Virus record (IMG/VR): IMGVR_UViG_3300020037_009644 | Coordinates: 89,448-153,447 of that record | Strand: one strand, 5' to 3' | DNA length: 64,000 nt | From: a virus | Taxonomy: Duplodnaviria; Caudoviricetes | Translations under genes and position numbers: made by a program | In this document: positions 29,834 through 39,158 of the stretch, one piece after another | Layout: every line of letters begins with the position of its first letter | Numbering within the stretch: position 1 is the stretch's first letter | The notes under the pieces: generated by a model | Database searches by the model: none | What the model was told of the DNA's origin: nothing | What the model saw: only the letters and a program-made list of their open reading frames with translations

Positions 29834-30625
29834 TTATAGATTGTTTAAAACATCCAAAAGATCAATATTTTCTTCGACGGTTAATCCCGCTGCCGGAGTA
29901 AATGGATCTTTATAGGTATCTCCGAATTCTAGGCAAAATTTGAAAATCTCAACGACGTTATCAATGGGAATTTGACGAACCCATTCGGTTCTTATTTCCA
30001 AAGAAATTGTTTGTTTGAAAAGCTTGTCATTTCGAGAATCTCCGTCGGTAGCTCCGCCGGCAGAGATATTTTTAACAACTATTCCTTGATTGACCAAGAT
30101 TTCAAAAGCGGTATCTTTAAAAAAGAGCATGATAAGATCGACGAGATCATTGCGAGATCCCGAGTTTTCTGATTGAACTTCTATGGTAAAAGTTCCTTCC
30201 CAAGCTCCAGACTGTTCAAAACATTGAGGGCGAGAAACTATAGCCGAGTTTCCGTAACCATCAACGTATTCGATCGACATATATCTAACGAATTCTTTGT
30301 TTCTAGACATCGAGACCGGTGAATCTCGCATTCCGGAATTACGAACCAAAATGGCTGGAAAATGCTGGGCGTCTTGGCGATAATACTCTCCGATATACAA
30401 TCGAGATTGAGAGCTGTCATTAACTCCGGCATCTAACGGAAGATTGGTATTGTTGGAAATTTTCGAGAATCCGTAGGAATCATTTTGGTAATGATAGTAG
30501 TGATCTTGGGAAAAGAACTCCTTCAATGCCCAGATAAGGGTATCGATAACATATCCGATACCTGAGTTTTGGGTGTACCCATGAAGAGAGTATAGATCAG
30601 TTTTCCAAAGATTACCGGTTGCCAT
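29834..30625 (-). CDS. Tail completion/terminator protein (263 aa)
   Basis: Upstream of sheath; 'FPAILVR', 'GTFTIEVQSENSGSRNDLVDLI', 'ISLEIRTEW'. Confidence 0.6.
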   Translation of the reverse strand: MATGNLWKTDLYSLHGYTQNSGIGYVIDTLIWALKEFFSQDHYYHYQNDSYGFSKISNNTNLPLDAGVNDSSQSRLYIGEYYRQDAQHFPAILVRNSGMRDSPVSMSRNKEFVRYMSIEYVDGYGNSAIVSRPQCFEQSGAWEGTFTIEVQSENSGSRNDLVDLIMLFFKDTAFEILVNQGIVVKNISAGGATDGDSRNDKLFKQTISLEIRTEWVRQIPIDNVVEIFKFCLEFGDTYKDPFTPAAGLTVEENIDLLDVLNNL

Positions 30626-30626
30626 A

Positions 30627-33600
30627 TTAGTATACGAAACTTATTGTGATATCTTTAACTTTAAGCGTACAACCAGATGAATGATTTTGTTGAAATGTTA
30701 CTATTAGATATGGACAGGTGGTAGCTGCACCAAAACCATAACGCACAACGCTTTGCGCAGTAACCGTTAATGCCAATGTAGTATCTACACCAGCATTCGC
30801 CCAAGCTACGTTGTTAGTATCTGTATTATTGGTTCGTAATGATAATTCAATAAAATTTGTTCCAGCAATAGTCGAAGCATTATATGTTAATTGACAAGCA
30901 GTTATTGTAACTCCTTCAGGTAAAACTCCAAGTAAAGGAATTAGTAAATTACCACCATTAGCAGTATTTAAATCTAAATAATTAAATATAAAGCTTGAAG
31001 GAAGAGGATCACCTAAATTAGTATCTTGACTAATAACTGTGAGATCGCCAGCGAGATTACCAGCAAGAACTGCATAGGACCCGTCGCTCAAATTTATAGT
31101 AAAATTGCCACAATTTATTGGAACAACATAACTAAATGTTTGATTCTTATTTCTAGTAACAACGAATGTATTAGAAGCATTGGGAGCTACATCTAGAGAA
31201 GACCCATCGATTGTCGTCGAATCAAAGAAATTATCTGTACAAATACCAGTAGCTTTTGTTCCTCCTGAAGGCATTCTTATAAATGCACTTATGGCGGCAG
31301 CTGATCGGTATATTTGATTTTGACAGATAGTATAATTTCTGATAGCGCTGCCGGTTCCAGCAGATGCTCTGATACCTGTTCCGGATGTTTTCAACCCTCT
31401 GACAATGTTTCCGGTAATAATCCCTGATGATTGAACATCAACTCCGGTATCGTACCCATAAACTAAACTATTGTATCTTCCAAAGTTAGTATGGTTGTTA
31501 ACCACCGTAGCTTCAGATTTAACGCCGCTAGATGAATGAGCAACAAAAATAGCATAGTTTGGTGGATTGGGAGTAAATAGGCTTAGATAAGAACTATCAT
31601 ATCCATCAAGATGATTTCCATCAATAAGAAGAGAAGAATAGCCATCTGTAATATCTAAAGTTTGAACCGAAATCCAGTGAGCGTAATTATTTTTGATCGA
31701 AACGCGTCCAAAGCCATATTCTGACTGATCAATGTTAAGTTGAAGATTGCCTGTTCCAAAAAAGTTTCCAATTATGAAGCAAGTATTGTTTTCAATCGTT
31801 AGCCCAGATGTAACGTTGTGTTTCAAAAATTCGGTAGAAGCATTGGTATCACCTGATATTACGTATCCGATACTGCCACAAATATTTTTAGAAATAGAAG
31901 AGTTGACAACATTCATCCCCGGAGACTCAACATCTGTTGTTCCAAGTTCGGTAGTCATGTAAAAACCCTGTTGATGAGAACAGAAGTTATTTTCAATTCG
32001 GACGTTTAAAAGACAGCTGGGGTTAGGAGAGAACCCAACTCCTAAATGATAAAATGCAGCCGCAGCTTGGTTTTTACCAACTTCCGAAATTGGCTCATCA
32101 ATAAACGAACAGTTGGTGACACCGACATTTTTAATCGTTTGACCGGTAATCAATTCAAAAAGAATAAATGGAGGTCTTTGGCTAGTATTTCTAGAGGTAA
32201 AAGTACATCGATTAACAAAGGTATTTTCACAATCAACGTTGGTTGAGTAGAGACAAGCGTTACCAACGTTGAGAAGATCCGCGGGGCTAGAGAAAGAAAG
32301 ACCGGTTGGATTGTAATTAAAGGTACAATCTTCGAAGAGAACGTTGCTGTCAATTTCAAAAGACTTGGCGGCGGTGCAGTTGAAAACTCCGTTCAGTCCT
32401 CGAATGATGATTTTTTTGTTAATGTTGACCAGCGGGATGGTGGTCGAGATATCAAAAGCCCCCTTAACCTGAATCTCATTTTGATATCCGTCTGAAAAAT
32501 TGATCCAATTGGTCAGAGAGGTAAAATCATAGAAGTTTCCGACAATGTTATTGTCGGAGACCCAAGTCAAAACGTTGTTGCTTGATTGTTTATGAACGAA
32601 TCGGCGAACGTCGGTTACCAGATCAACGGTCAACGAAGCAACGGTGACCGCCATAATTGCCAGAGGTGTTAAATCTTTACGAGACTGAAGTAGTTCGAAG
32701 AAGGTGACCGAGGGAAGATAGTAATTTCCTGAGCCTGGAGTGACGAAGTATTGCTGTTTGGTTGTTGTTAGAATAAGAGGAGTTAGTTCTCCTGATTCGT
32801 TAATGCAAATGACATAGGTCATCGGTTGAGGAAGAGATGTGCCAGCTGTATAAATTTGAGGAATTGTTACAGAGGAATTGTTAGCAATGACAATTTTGCC
32901 ATTAACCAATGCTATTCCGCCGTCAAAATAAACCTCTCCAGAATCAGCAACGGCTGAGACCGAGCTAACCCCCAAGCCTCGAAGGACTCCGTTCTCATGA
33001 AGAAGAGCGTCTCCGGATGTAATAAAGTCAATTGCTGATTGGGTAAAATCAACCTCGTCGACAGAACCGAATTGACGGGCATCGTTGGTTTTTTGAATGA
33101 TTGGGTATGTTGAAACCGGGTCCCAGTTGACCTCACAAGTTGCCAGAAGAAGATATTGATCGTTCAGCTGCAATGATGGATAAAGATCAATATCGACATA
33201 TCTAACATTGACATTGCTAAGAACATCCGTACCTGGGGAGGCTGAAATTTCTTGAAATGTTAAATCTATATAATCAGAATATGTCTCGTCGAAAAATCGG
33301 GTCGGAACGTTTTTTCTTCCTCGAGTTACTGGACCGGGATTACTTATTCCAGGACCACCTGAAATTGGAACTCCCAAATATCCGTCGTACTCTCCGGTTG
33401 TCGAATTATATTCGGTAACATAAAAACGAATTCGCTTCTGAAAATCGGAGGAGATTCCTGATAAATAACCACGAAGTTTGGGACTAACCGAAGAGATATG
33501 CCAGTTGGTCGTTGCCAACAATGTTGCCGACTCTGTTTGTCGAGGAAGACGAGCTCGTTCGTGAGAGAATGTTTTTCCCTGATCGGTTACGTAGATTTCG

Positions 33601-35837
33601 TGCCATCTTTGGTAATCATTTGACGTGGGAAGAGTATCTACCAGATTTTCGTTATTGAAAGAAACCGAGTCATACCCGAAGTAAATCTTGACAGGAAGCG
33701 ATGGAACTGCGGAAGTTGCGACGGGAGCTAACCCGCTGTGAATCGAGTTAAGAACAGTTATGACCGTCGATCCGCCCGAAGTGTCGCAAGAAGAAACATA
33801 AGCAACGTTTTTGATAATGAAGCGACCGTAATCAACCTTATTATAACTAGGGTCCGAAGAAACTATCGTCGGCTGAATTACCAGAGTTTTCCCAGGAGAC
33901 ATTCCAGCCGGAGCTAAATTGTGGAGAACTGTATAACTGGTTTCGACGGTCGAAACTCCAATAACTGTTCTCGAAGAAACGTAACCATCCCAATAGCCGT
34001 CCCCGATCGCCAGGTAGGTGTCGGCGAATGTATCTAACTTCCTACCGTTGACGTGGTAGTATCTTTGCTTAAGGGGAACGAGAACCTTGGTAGGAAATTG
34101 AGCCGCGACGGAATCGGTCCAAGAGGCAAGATATTCCGGAGATGCTGAATTTGATCCGGTTGATCCCAACCCAAGAGCGTCGTAAGAATCAGGAGTACCA
34201 GATCCCCCGCCAATAACGTTGTTTGGTGTGCTCGAGGTATCTAGAGTTCCGCTAGAATTATCACCTGAAATAATCGAAAACCCGGCATTTCCAATACAGT
34301 CGGCAAGCATGATTCCGAAGTTGCCATTCTTGGCAAATGACAGAAACCTCATGCTGTAACCGTAGGCATGGAGTGAATTATTGGTCTCGAGGACGACCGA
34401 CTCGAGAGTATAATTTCCTGGAGTCGCTCCGCTATTTCCGGTTACATCTATCGCATTCAAAACAATAGTTTGATCCGCGGGATTTCCATTAGGATAGAGG
34501 GCTAGATACAAAAGATAATGGCTGGAATTTAACTGTCCTGGATCGAAACCAATTCCCAAAGCCGAAGCTCCTCGTGGATGAGCAACAAGCATGGAGCTGA
34601 GAACGTTGGTCGAGACCGGGATTCCAGCTCGATAAGCGTTTACAGGAGCGGTGGCAAGAATTCCAAAGGTTTCTTTGTCGGCAGAGGGTCGATTGATTTG
34701 AGCAATGGCGTCGGTTGCATCGCAAAGATTGACCCCGTTGATCCTGACAATCCATTCGGTGTTTGGAATGAATCTTATTTCATCAACGAGGTAGTCTGCT
34801 TGGGTTCCGTTGCCGTAATTGATGGTAATCTGATCGCCAATTTGAACCTGAGAAAATTGGGCGTCAAAAATATACCCAGTATTATCATTTGGAAAAAAAC
34901 GAACAAGATCATCACCAACCGAGAGGTCGTCGACGAATCCGGTATTTGGAGAGTGGGTTAAAAATGTTTGACATCGTGTGGTCGAAACGACGTTGCTTCC
35001 GTGGGCTGCGTAGCCGTCCAACGCTCCAATATAGCTCGATCTCGCAATTGGGGCGACGGCGTTGGCATGCTGGGTCGCTCGATGCTGACCAAGATTGTAG
35101 GTCTCGGCATCGTCAAGATAATCCAAAGCTTTTTGAACGTCGGTCGCCGTTAATGGAATTTCAACAAAATTGTCGGTATTAACGACAATTGCCGAAGCGT
35201 TGTGTGCCCCGCTCGTTGAGTTTTCGTGATCAACCAGATCGTCATTAATTTCTAAAAGAGCATCTGCGACCGTGTCGGCTGAACGATCATTGCCATCTTT
35301 GTCAAGGAGACCTGTCCAGGTATAGCTAGGATCTCTTGTATCCGAAGGCATTGCGTTAATATCAATTTGAGAAGCTACGTGTCTTGCCTTCGTGCTGGAG
35401 TCTGAAAGAAATTCGCTTCCTGTAATATGAAGAATGAGATCGGAAAAAATTTGATTGGCAAAGGTGACCAAAGAAGCGATGAGGGCAGAATTATTGAGAA
35501 CTCCGGTATGAAGATCGGAGGTGGAATAATCGAGATCAAGCTTACTCTCTTCAATTCCTGCGTTGCTGGCAACCTGAGAGTTAACAATGGGAAGAGTCGC
35601 CAGCCCAACCGAGGTTAATTCGCTTGCCCTGATGTGACCATTCTCGTTAAATGAGACGGAGAGGAAAGAGGCTAGATCCGAAAGGTTGCCGGAAAATTCA
35701 CGACCCAAAGATCTTTCAACAGCGAAGACTGCGTCTCTTAGCTGATTGATAGCCGTACCACCAATCTCGGTTACGTTATCATCAACTCGAAAAATTGTGG
35801 TGTCGTCGTCGTAATTAAAAGGAAACGGTGAGCTCAT
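30627..35837 (-). CDS. Large virion fibre/appendage protein with C-terminal beta-helix-like region (1736 aa)
   Basis: 'INQLRDAVFAVERSLG' N-terminus; 'HxASxI...VQKALDYL' fibre-type motifs; C-terminal I/V-x-N-N repeats (RIENNFC, TIENNTC, SIKNNYA, IITGNIV). Confidence 0.6.
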   Translation of the reverse strand: MSSPFPFNYDDDTTIFRVDDNVTEIGGTAINQLRDAVFAVERSLGREFSGNLSDLASFLSVSFNENGHIRASELTSVGLATLPIVNSQVASNAGIEESKLDLDYSTSDLHTGVLNNSALIASLVTFANQIFSDLILHITGSEFLSDSSTKARHVASQIDINAMPSDTRDPSYTWTGLLDKDGNDRSADTVADALLEINDDLVDHENSTSGAHNASAIVVNTDNFVEIPLTATDVQKALDYLDDAETYNLGQHRATQHANAVAPIARSSYIGALDGYAAHGSNVVSTTRCQTFLTHSPNTGFVDDLSVGDDLVRFFPNDNTGYIFDAQFSQVQIGDQITINYGNGTQADYLVDEIRFIPNTEWIVRINGVNLCDATDAIAQINRPSADKETFGILATAPVNAYRAGIPVSTNVLSSMLVAHPRGASALGIGFDPGQLNSSHYLLYLALYPNGNPADQTIVLNAIDVTGNSGATPGNYTLESVVLETNNSLHAYGYSMRFLSFAKNGNFGIMLADCIGNAGFSIISGDNSSGTLDTSSTPNNVIGGGSGTPDSYDALGLGSTGSNSASPEYLASWTDSVAAQFPTKVLVPLKQRYYHVNGRKLDTFADTYLAIGDGYWDGYVSSRTVIGVSTVETSYTVLHNLAPAGMSPGKTLVIQPTIVSSDPSYNKVDYGRFIIKNVAYVSSCDTSGGSTVITVLNSIHSGLAPVATSAVPSLPVKIYFGYDSVSFNNENLVDTLPTSNDYQRWHEIYVTDQGKTFSHERARLPRQTESATLLATTNWHISSVSPKLRGYLSGISSDFQKRIRFYVTEYNSTTGEYDGYLGVPISGGPGISNPGPVTRGRKNVPTRFFDETYSDYIDLTFQEISASPGTDVLSNVNVRYVDIDLYPSLQLNDQYLLLATCEVNWDPVSTYPIIQKTNDARQFGSVDEVDFTQSAIDFITSGDALLHENGVLRGLGVSSVSAVADSGEVYFDGGIALVNGKIVIANNSSVTIPQIYTAGTSLPQPMTYVICINESGELTPLILTTTKQQYFVTPGSGNYYLPSVTFFELLQSRKDLTPLAIMAVTVASLTVDLVTDVRRFVHKQSSNNVLTWVSDNNIVGNFYDFTSLTNWINFSDGYQNEIQVKGAFDISTTIPLVNINKKIIIRGLNGVFNCTAAKSFEIDSNVLFEDCTFNYNPTGLSFSSPADLLNVGNACLYSTNVDCENTFVNRCTFTSRNTSQRPPFILFELITGQTIKNVGVTNCSFIDEPISEVGKNQAAAAFYHLGVGFSPNPSCLLNVRIENNFCSHQQGFYMTTELGTTDVESPGMNVVNSSISKNICGSIGYVISGDTNASTEFLKHNVTSGLTIENNTCFIIGNFFGTGNLQLNIDQSEYGFGRVSIKNNYAHWISVQTLDITDGYSSLLIDGNHLDGYDSSYLSLFTPNPPNYAIFVAHSSSGVKSEATVVNNHTNFGRYNSLVYGYDTGVDVQSSGIITGNIVRGLKTSGTGIRASAGTGSAIRNYTICQNQIYRSAAAISAFIRMPSGGTKATGICTDNFFDSTTIDGSSLDVAPNASNTFVVTRNKNQTFSYVVPINCGNFTINLSDGSYAVLAGNLAGDLTVISQDTNLGDPLPSSFIFNYLDLNTANGGNLLIPLLGVLPEGVTITACQLTYNASTIAGTNFIELSLRTNNTDTNNVAWANAGVDTTLALTVTAQSVVRYGFGAATTCPYLIVTFQQNHSSGCTLKVKDITISFVY

Positions 35838-35896
35838 TTATTTTTGGTTTCGGAATTAAGAAAAGGATATGATGTTGAGTTTTTATCGCGCATCCT

Positions 35897-36298
35897 TCAG
35901 GGAAGATCGTCTTCGGTAATTTTCTCTTCGTCTTTGAGAATTTCATTAACAACTGTATTGTTCGTTGTTGCTTCTGGAAGCTTAGATTTGAGTTGTGATT
36001 TGACAACCTTGACGACGTAAGCTGAACAGAATCCGGCAAGAACACCAAACCCGGCATGAACCAAAAGATTATCACCAATCTCAGAGGGGAAAGGGAGAGT
36101 CTTAACAAGACAAATTAATCCTCCAAAAACAGCAGGAAGAAGTGGAAGAATAACATCCCGCCAAATAGTTTCCATTTTGTTGCTTTTGTCATTCCATTGT
36201 GGGAATAAAGTTTCGGTCAGCTTGCGGATAAACCAAGTTAAGATCCAGGTTGAGACCGAGAGGATGATGAAGAACAAACCTAATTCTAATATTTCCAT
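35897..36298 (-). CDS. Small three-TM membrane protein, probable holin (133 aa from MEILELG)
   Basis: Three hydrophobic segments and a charged C-terminal tail; the ORF-track start at 36445 would read through a terminator and is unlikely. Confidence 0.55.
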   Translation of the reverse strand: MEILELGLFFIILSVSTWILTWFIRKLTETLFPQWNDKSNKMETIWRDVILPLLPAVFGGLICLVKTLPFPSEIGDNLLVHAGFGVLAGFCSAYVVKVVKSQLKSKLPEATTNNTVVNEILKDEEKITEDDLP

Positions 36299-36385
36299 GG
36301 AGATGTCTCTTGTGCCTTGTTGAAGAAAAGAAGATATTTCATAGGTATATGTGATAATACCATGATTTGTCATGGTAAATATTGG

Positions 36386-36422
36386 AAAAAGAAAAGGCGA
36401 CAGCTGCCTCGGCAGCGCCGCC
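36386..36422 (-). terminator. Strong intrinsic terminator
   Basis: GGCGGCGCTGCC-GA-GGCAGCTGTCGCC followed by TTTTCTTTTT on the minus strand. Confidence 0.8.
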
Positions 36423-36742
36423 CTGTCGTTAACCACCAATCCCAAAATACTAGAAGATCCTGAGAAAGAATTTTTTTATTTTATTTTTGCTGGATCTTTT
36501 CCAGAAGAACAAAAAAAAATAAAAAATCCCAAGATAAACCTATCTCGTCATCGATAGATGATCTACCATCTTGGGATCTTAATTTCTTAAGATGAGGTTT
36601 TCTTTATTGGGTCTTCCTGGTCTTTGTCCTGACCGAAGGTCCGCCCTCTGGCTGCGTAGCAGAGGTTTGATTTTTCATAAGATCTCCTTTCGGATCATCT
36701 GAAAATCCCCTATAGAGATCTCAGTTGAGACACCTTCTTTGA

Positions 36743-36792
36743 TCTCTTGATTTCTAAAGAAATCAAGAGAGTTTCTTCTAGAAGAAGAAACT
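36743..36792. repeat. Two adjacent perfect inverted repeats (13 bp and 10 bp)
   Basis: TCTCTTGATTTCT-AA-AGAAATCAAGAGA (36743-36770) and AGTTTCTTCT-AGA-AGAAGAAACT (36770-36792). Confidence 0.9.
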
Positions 36793-36911
36793 GACTTAGA
36801 TCTGAGAAGAAGTATTTATTCTAGAGGATCTTCTTTGGGGAGATCTAATTGATGATCTCTGTCAGGATCTCTGCTGGCTCCCCCTATTGTCCCCCTCATT
36901 TGGACCACCGT

Positions 36912-36940
36912 AGTATGAATTCGAAAACCGGAAAAGTCAA
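36912..36940 (-). promoter_or_regulatory. Sigma70-like promoter TTGACT-N17-CATACT
   Basis: -35 at 36940-36935, exact 17-nt spacer, -10 at 36917-36912; predicted +1 near 36905. Confidence 0.6.
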
Positions 36941-37194
36941 GGAACATTTCTTTAAAAAAGAAACGAAAACGCAGAAAGCCTGGAAAACAAGGGGTCCGCG
37001 TGGGTGTGGTTATTTTATTGAGATCATCCTCGATTTGTTTTATTGCAGACCTCGCTCGCGTTTGGTTTTGTAAGACCTCGAGGCACAGCCCTTCTCATTT
37101 TCGTCAATGAGAAAATTATTGAGATCAATTGGGCACTCACCCATCAGCAATGACCCTAGCTAGAAAGATCGGAGGTCTTTAAACGGCAAGCCTG

Positions 37195-37521
37195 TCAGGA
37201 TCTGGCGTAATCGTCCTTCAGGCGCACGACATCGTCGAGCTCCGGCGTAGAAACTTCTATTACCGAAACATCTCCATGTTCAGCAATCATTCGATGAATT
37301 GTTCCCGGATCGATATGGCAAACGTCACCTTGTCTCATAAAGAGGACGGCATCTCCAATTTCTAGGGTCAACAATCCAGATTGAACCATGATTGTTTCTT
37401 TTTTGATTTTATGGTACTGCAAAGATAATTTGTGACCATCTTTTATGAACAAAATCTTTCCGACGTATTTATCGGTTACAGCCCAAATATTTTCATGACC
37501 CCAAGGTTTTTCGACGTGCAT
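37195..37521 (-). CDS. Cupin, type II phosphomannose-isomerase C-terminal-like (108 aa)
   Basis: 'KPWG', 'LSLQYH...E', 'PGTIHR', 'EVSTPELDDVVRLKDDYAR'; AAGGA SD. Confidence 0.85.
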   Translation of the reverse strand: MHVEKPWGHENIWAVTDKYVGKILFIKDGHKLSLQYHKIKKETIMVQSGLLTLEIGDAVLFMRQGDVCHIDPGTIHRMIAEHGDVSVIEVSTPELDDVVRLKDDYARS

Positions 37522-37536
37522 ATTTCCTTTTAGAAT

Positions 37537-39144
37537 TTAAAGAACGAAGGTATGTGTGTGACTAAAGCTTTCCAAGGTTGTCGAATCTCCTCTAATTTGA
37601 TGACTATGAGCCTGGGCAACGATAGCTCCATTGTGACTGGTCGAAGTTAAAACTTGTCCTGGGGATATAATCGTTGGACCAACTTGAAATGTATGTGAAT
37701 GGGGTAGGATAAGACCGGGGACCGAAGAGACCGAGGTGGTAATAATTCTAGGTTGATCGGAAGTATTAGGGGTGAACAAGAAACGGTAAAAATTATCTGT
37801 TTTGCGAACTCTGGTCATAGCAAGTTTTTGAGCTCCCACAACCTGATCAAACAAAGCGTTGCGAGTTACGTTAAGGACTTCGTAGCGAAAAACTTCTGCA
37901 TCGGTATATTTATCGTAGGTGATCAACATGTCTCGATCGTTAATCGTTGGTGTTGAAAGAGTCCAGCCGTTGGGTGCATAGGTCGATTCTAGTCCGGCAT
38001 CTTGATAAGGAACATCGTCAACAGTTGCATCGAAACGAACCATAATTCTTCCATCAGATCTTCGAGGATTGTAATAAGGCTCCCAAGAAAGAACCCTCCC
38101 GCCACCTCCGCAGATAGGACATCGTGGATCTGCATATTCTTTGTTTGCTTGATAACAGGCGCAATACATTCCTTTCCAAACACGTTTGACAAGCATGCAT
38201 GGCTGACCGGTTGTTTCGAGGAGAATCTCTTCTCTCTTTAATTGTTCATCGTTAACGTTGGATCCTCGAATGATTCTTCCAACCCCAGAATATCCATCGG
38301 CACAATAATGTTCTCCGCCGAAGTAACTTCCGACGCATTTTCCGGTGATAATGTCTATTGGACGAAATCTTTTCCAGCCACGATAATCATATGGAGGAAT
38401 GGTAACCAAAACGGCGTCGGAAGCAGTTTCGGTGGTGTTCAGCATATCATCCGTTCGGTTGGCATAACCATCTAATTCGGTTACCGGAAAGTTAGGATAG
38501 CTAAAATCTGCCGTCTCGGAATGGATTTTGAAGTTTTGTTCTTCGAGTCCTTTCCAGATTGCCACTATTGGGCTCTCAAGATGATATCCATCATAACCAT
38601 CTGGCTGATGTTCGCGGACGTTGGTGTCCAAAAATCCTCGAATGAGATTGGTAACTGAATTATTGAGCAGGTCTCGGTTGGAATATTGGATAAGTTCGTT
38701 ACCAATCTCGATAATTCCGGAATTTGGAAAAGAAGAAATGTTGGAAAGAAAGATAGAAGTGTCATTTACTCCAAGAGTTTGCAGAAGAATAGCGTCAGGA
38801 TATATTTTGGAGTCTCCGGAATCAGGAAGGAGATCTAGATTGATCCAATCGTTTTGCCATTGGGTCGCCCGAACGGCAAAATAAAAAGTATCTCCTGGAA
38901 CAAATTCATTAATTTCCAATGAGAAGACCGTAGGATCAATTGAAATATATTTTGGACCCTCGGAAAAGACGGAGTCGAAATCTGTTGAATAATAAATGTT
39001 GTAAGCCAGCCGAAGGCTAAAGGGGCTGGGATAGGCTTTTTCCCATCCGATGGTTATTTTTGTTCCTTGACTATTTGATTGTGCCGTCGTGATTCCAACG
39101 TTGGAATGCGGGATGTAATAGGGACGGTCGGTTAGGGTGCACAC
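37537..39144 (-). CDS. Neck/head-closure-like protein with N-terminal FN3-like domain and C-terminal HxH motifs (535 aa)
   Basis: 'ITIGW...YNIYYS...PGDTFYFAVRA' (FN3-like); 'CAC...CPICGGGG' Zn motif; HSH/HSH/HTH at the C-terminus. Confidence 0.55.
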   Translation of the reverse strand: MCTLTDRPYYIPHSNVGITTAQSNSQGTKITIGWEKAYPSPFSLRLAYNIYYSTDFDSVFSEGPKYISIDPTVFSLEINEFVPGDTFYFAVRATQWQNDWINLDLLPDSGDSKIYPDAILLQTLGVNDTSIFLSNISSFPNSGIIEIGNELIQYSNRDLLNNSVTNLIRGFLDTNVREHQPDGYDGYHLESPIVAIWKGLEEQNFKIHSETADFSYPNFPVTELDGYANRTDDMLNTTETASDAVLVTIPPYDYRGWKRFRPIDIITGKCVGSYFGGEHYCADGYSGVGRIIRGSNVNDEQLKREEILLETTGQPCMLVKRVWKGMYCACYQANKEYADPRCPICGGGGRVLSWEPYYNPRRSDGRIMVRFDATVDDVPYQDAGLESTYAPNGWTLSTPTINDRDMLITYDKYTDAEVFRYEVLNVTRNALFDQVVGAQKLAMTRVRKTDNFYRFLFTPNTSDQPRIITTSVSSVPGLILPHSHTFQVGPTIISPGQVLTSTSHNGAIVAQAHSHQIRGDSTTLESFSHTHTFVL

Positions 39145-39158
39145 GCAAAAATACCGAT

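Larger units (their letters stand above)
36386..36906 (-). ncRNA. Candidate ~520-nt structured non-coding RNA (or origin transcript)
   Basis: Bounded by a sigma70-like promoter and a terminator; I found only short ORFs (24 and 27 codons) on this strand; chain of inverted repeats. Confidence 0.45.

Noticed and set aside
43-30625. Bacterial eCIS/tailocin/T6SS locus
   Set aside because: Neck-like genes, a frameshifted tail chaperone, three homing-type endonucleases and phage-like gene density point to a large myophage. Capsid, portal and terminase genes are not in this window, so this is not fully proven.
36299-36445. 182-aa version of the holin-like ORF
   Set aside because: It starts at a TTG upstream of a strong terminator and reads through it.
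36849-37073. 74-aa (and 61-aa, 36372-36557) plus-strand ORFs in the intergenic region
   Set aside because: No recognisable protein features; they overlap promoter, terminator and palindromic DNA.
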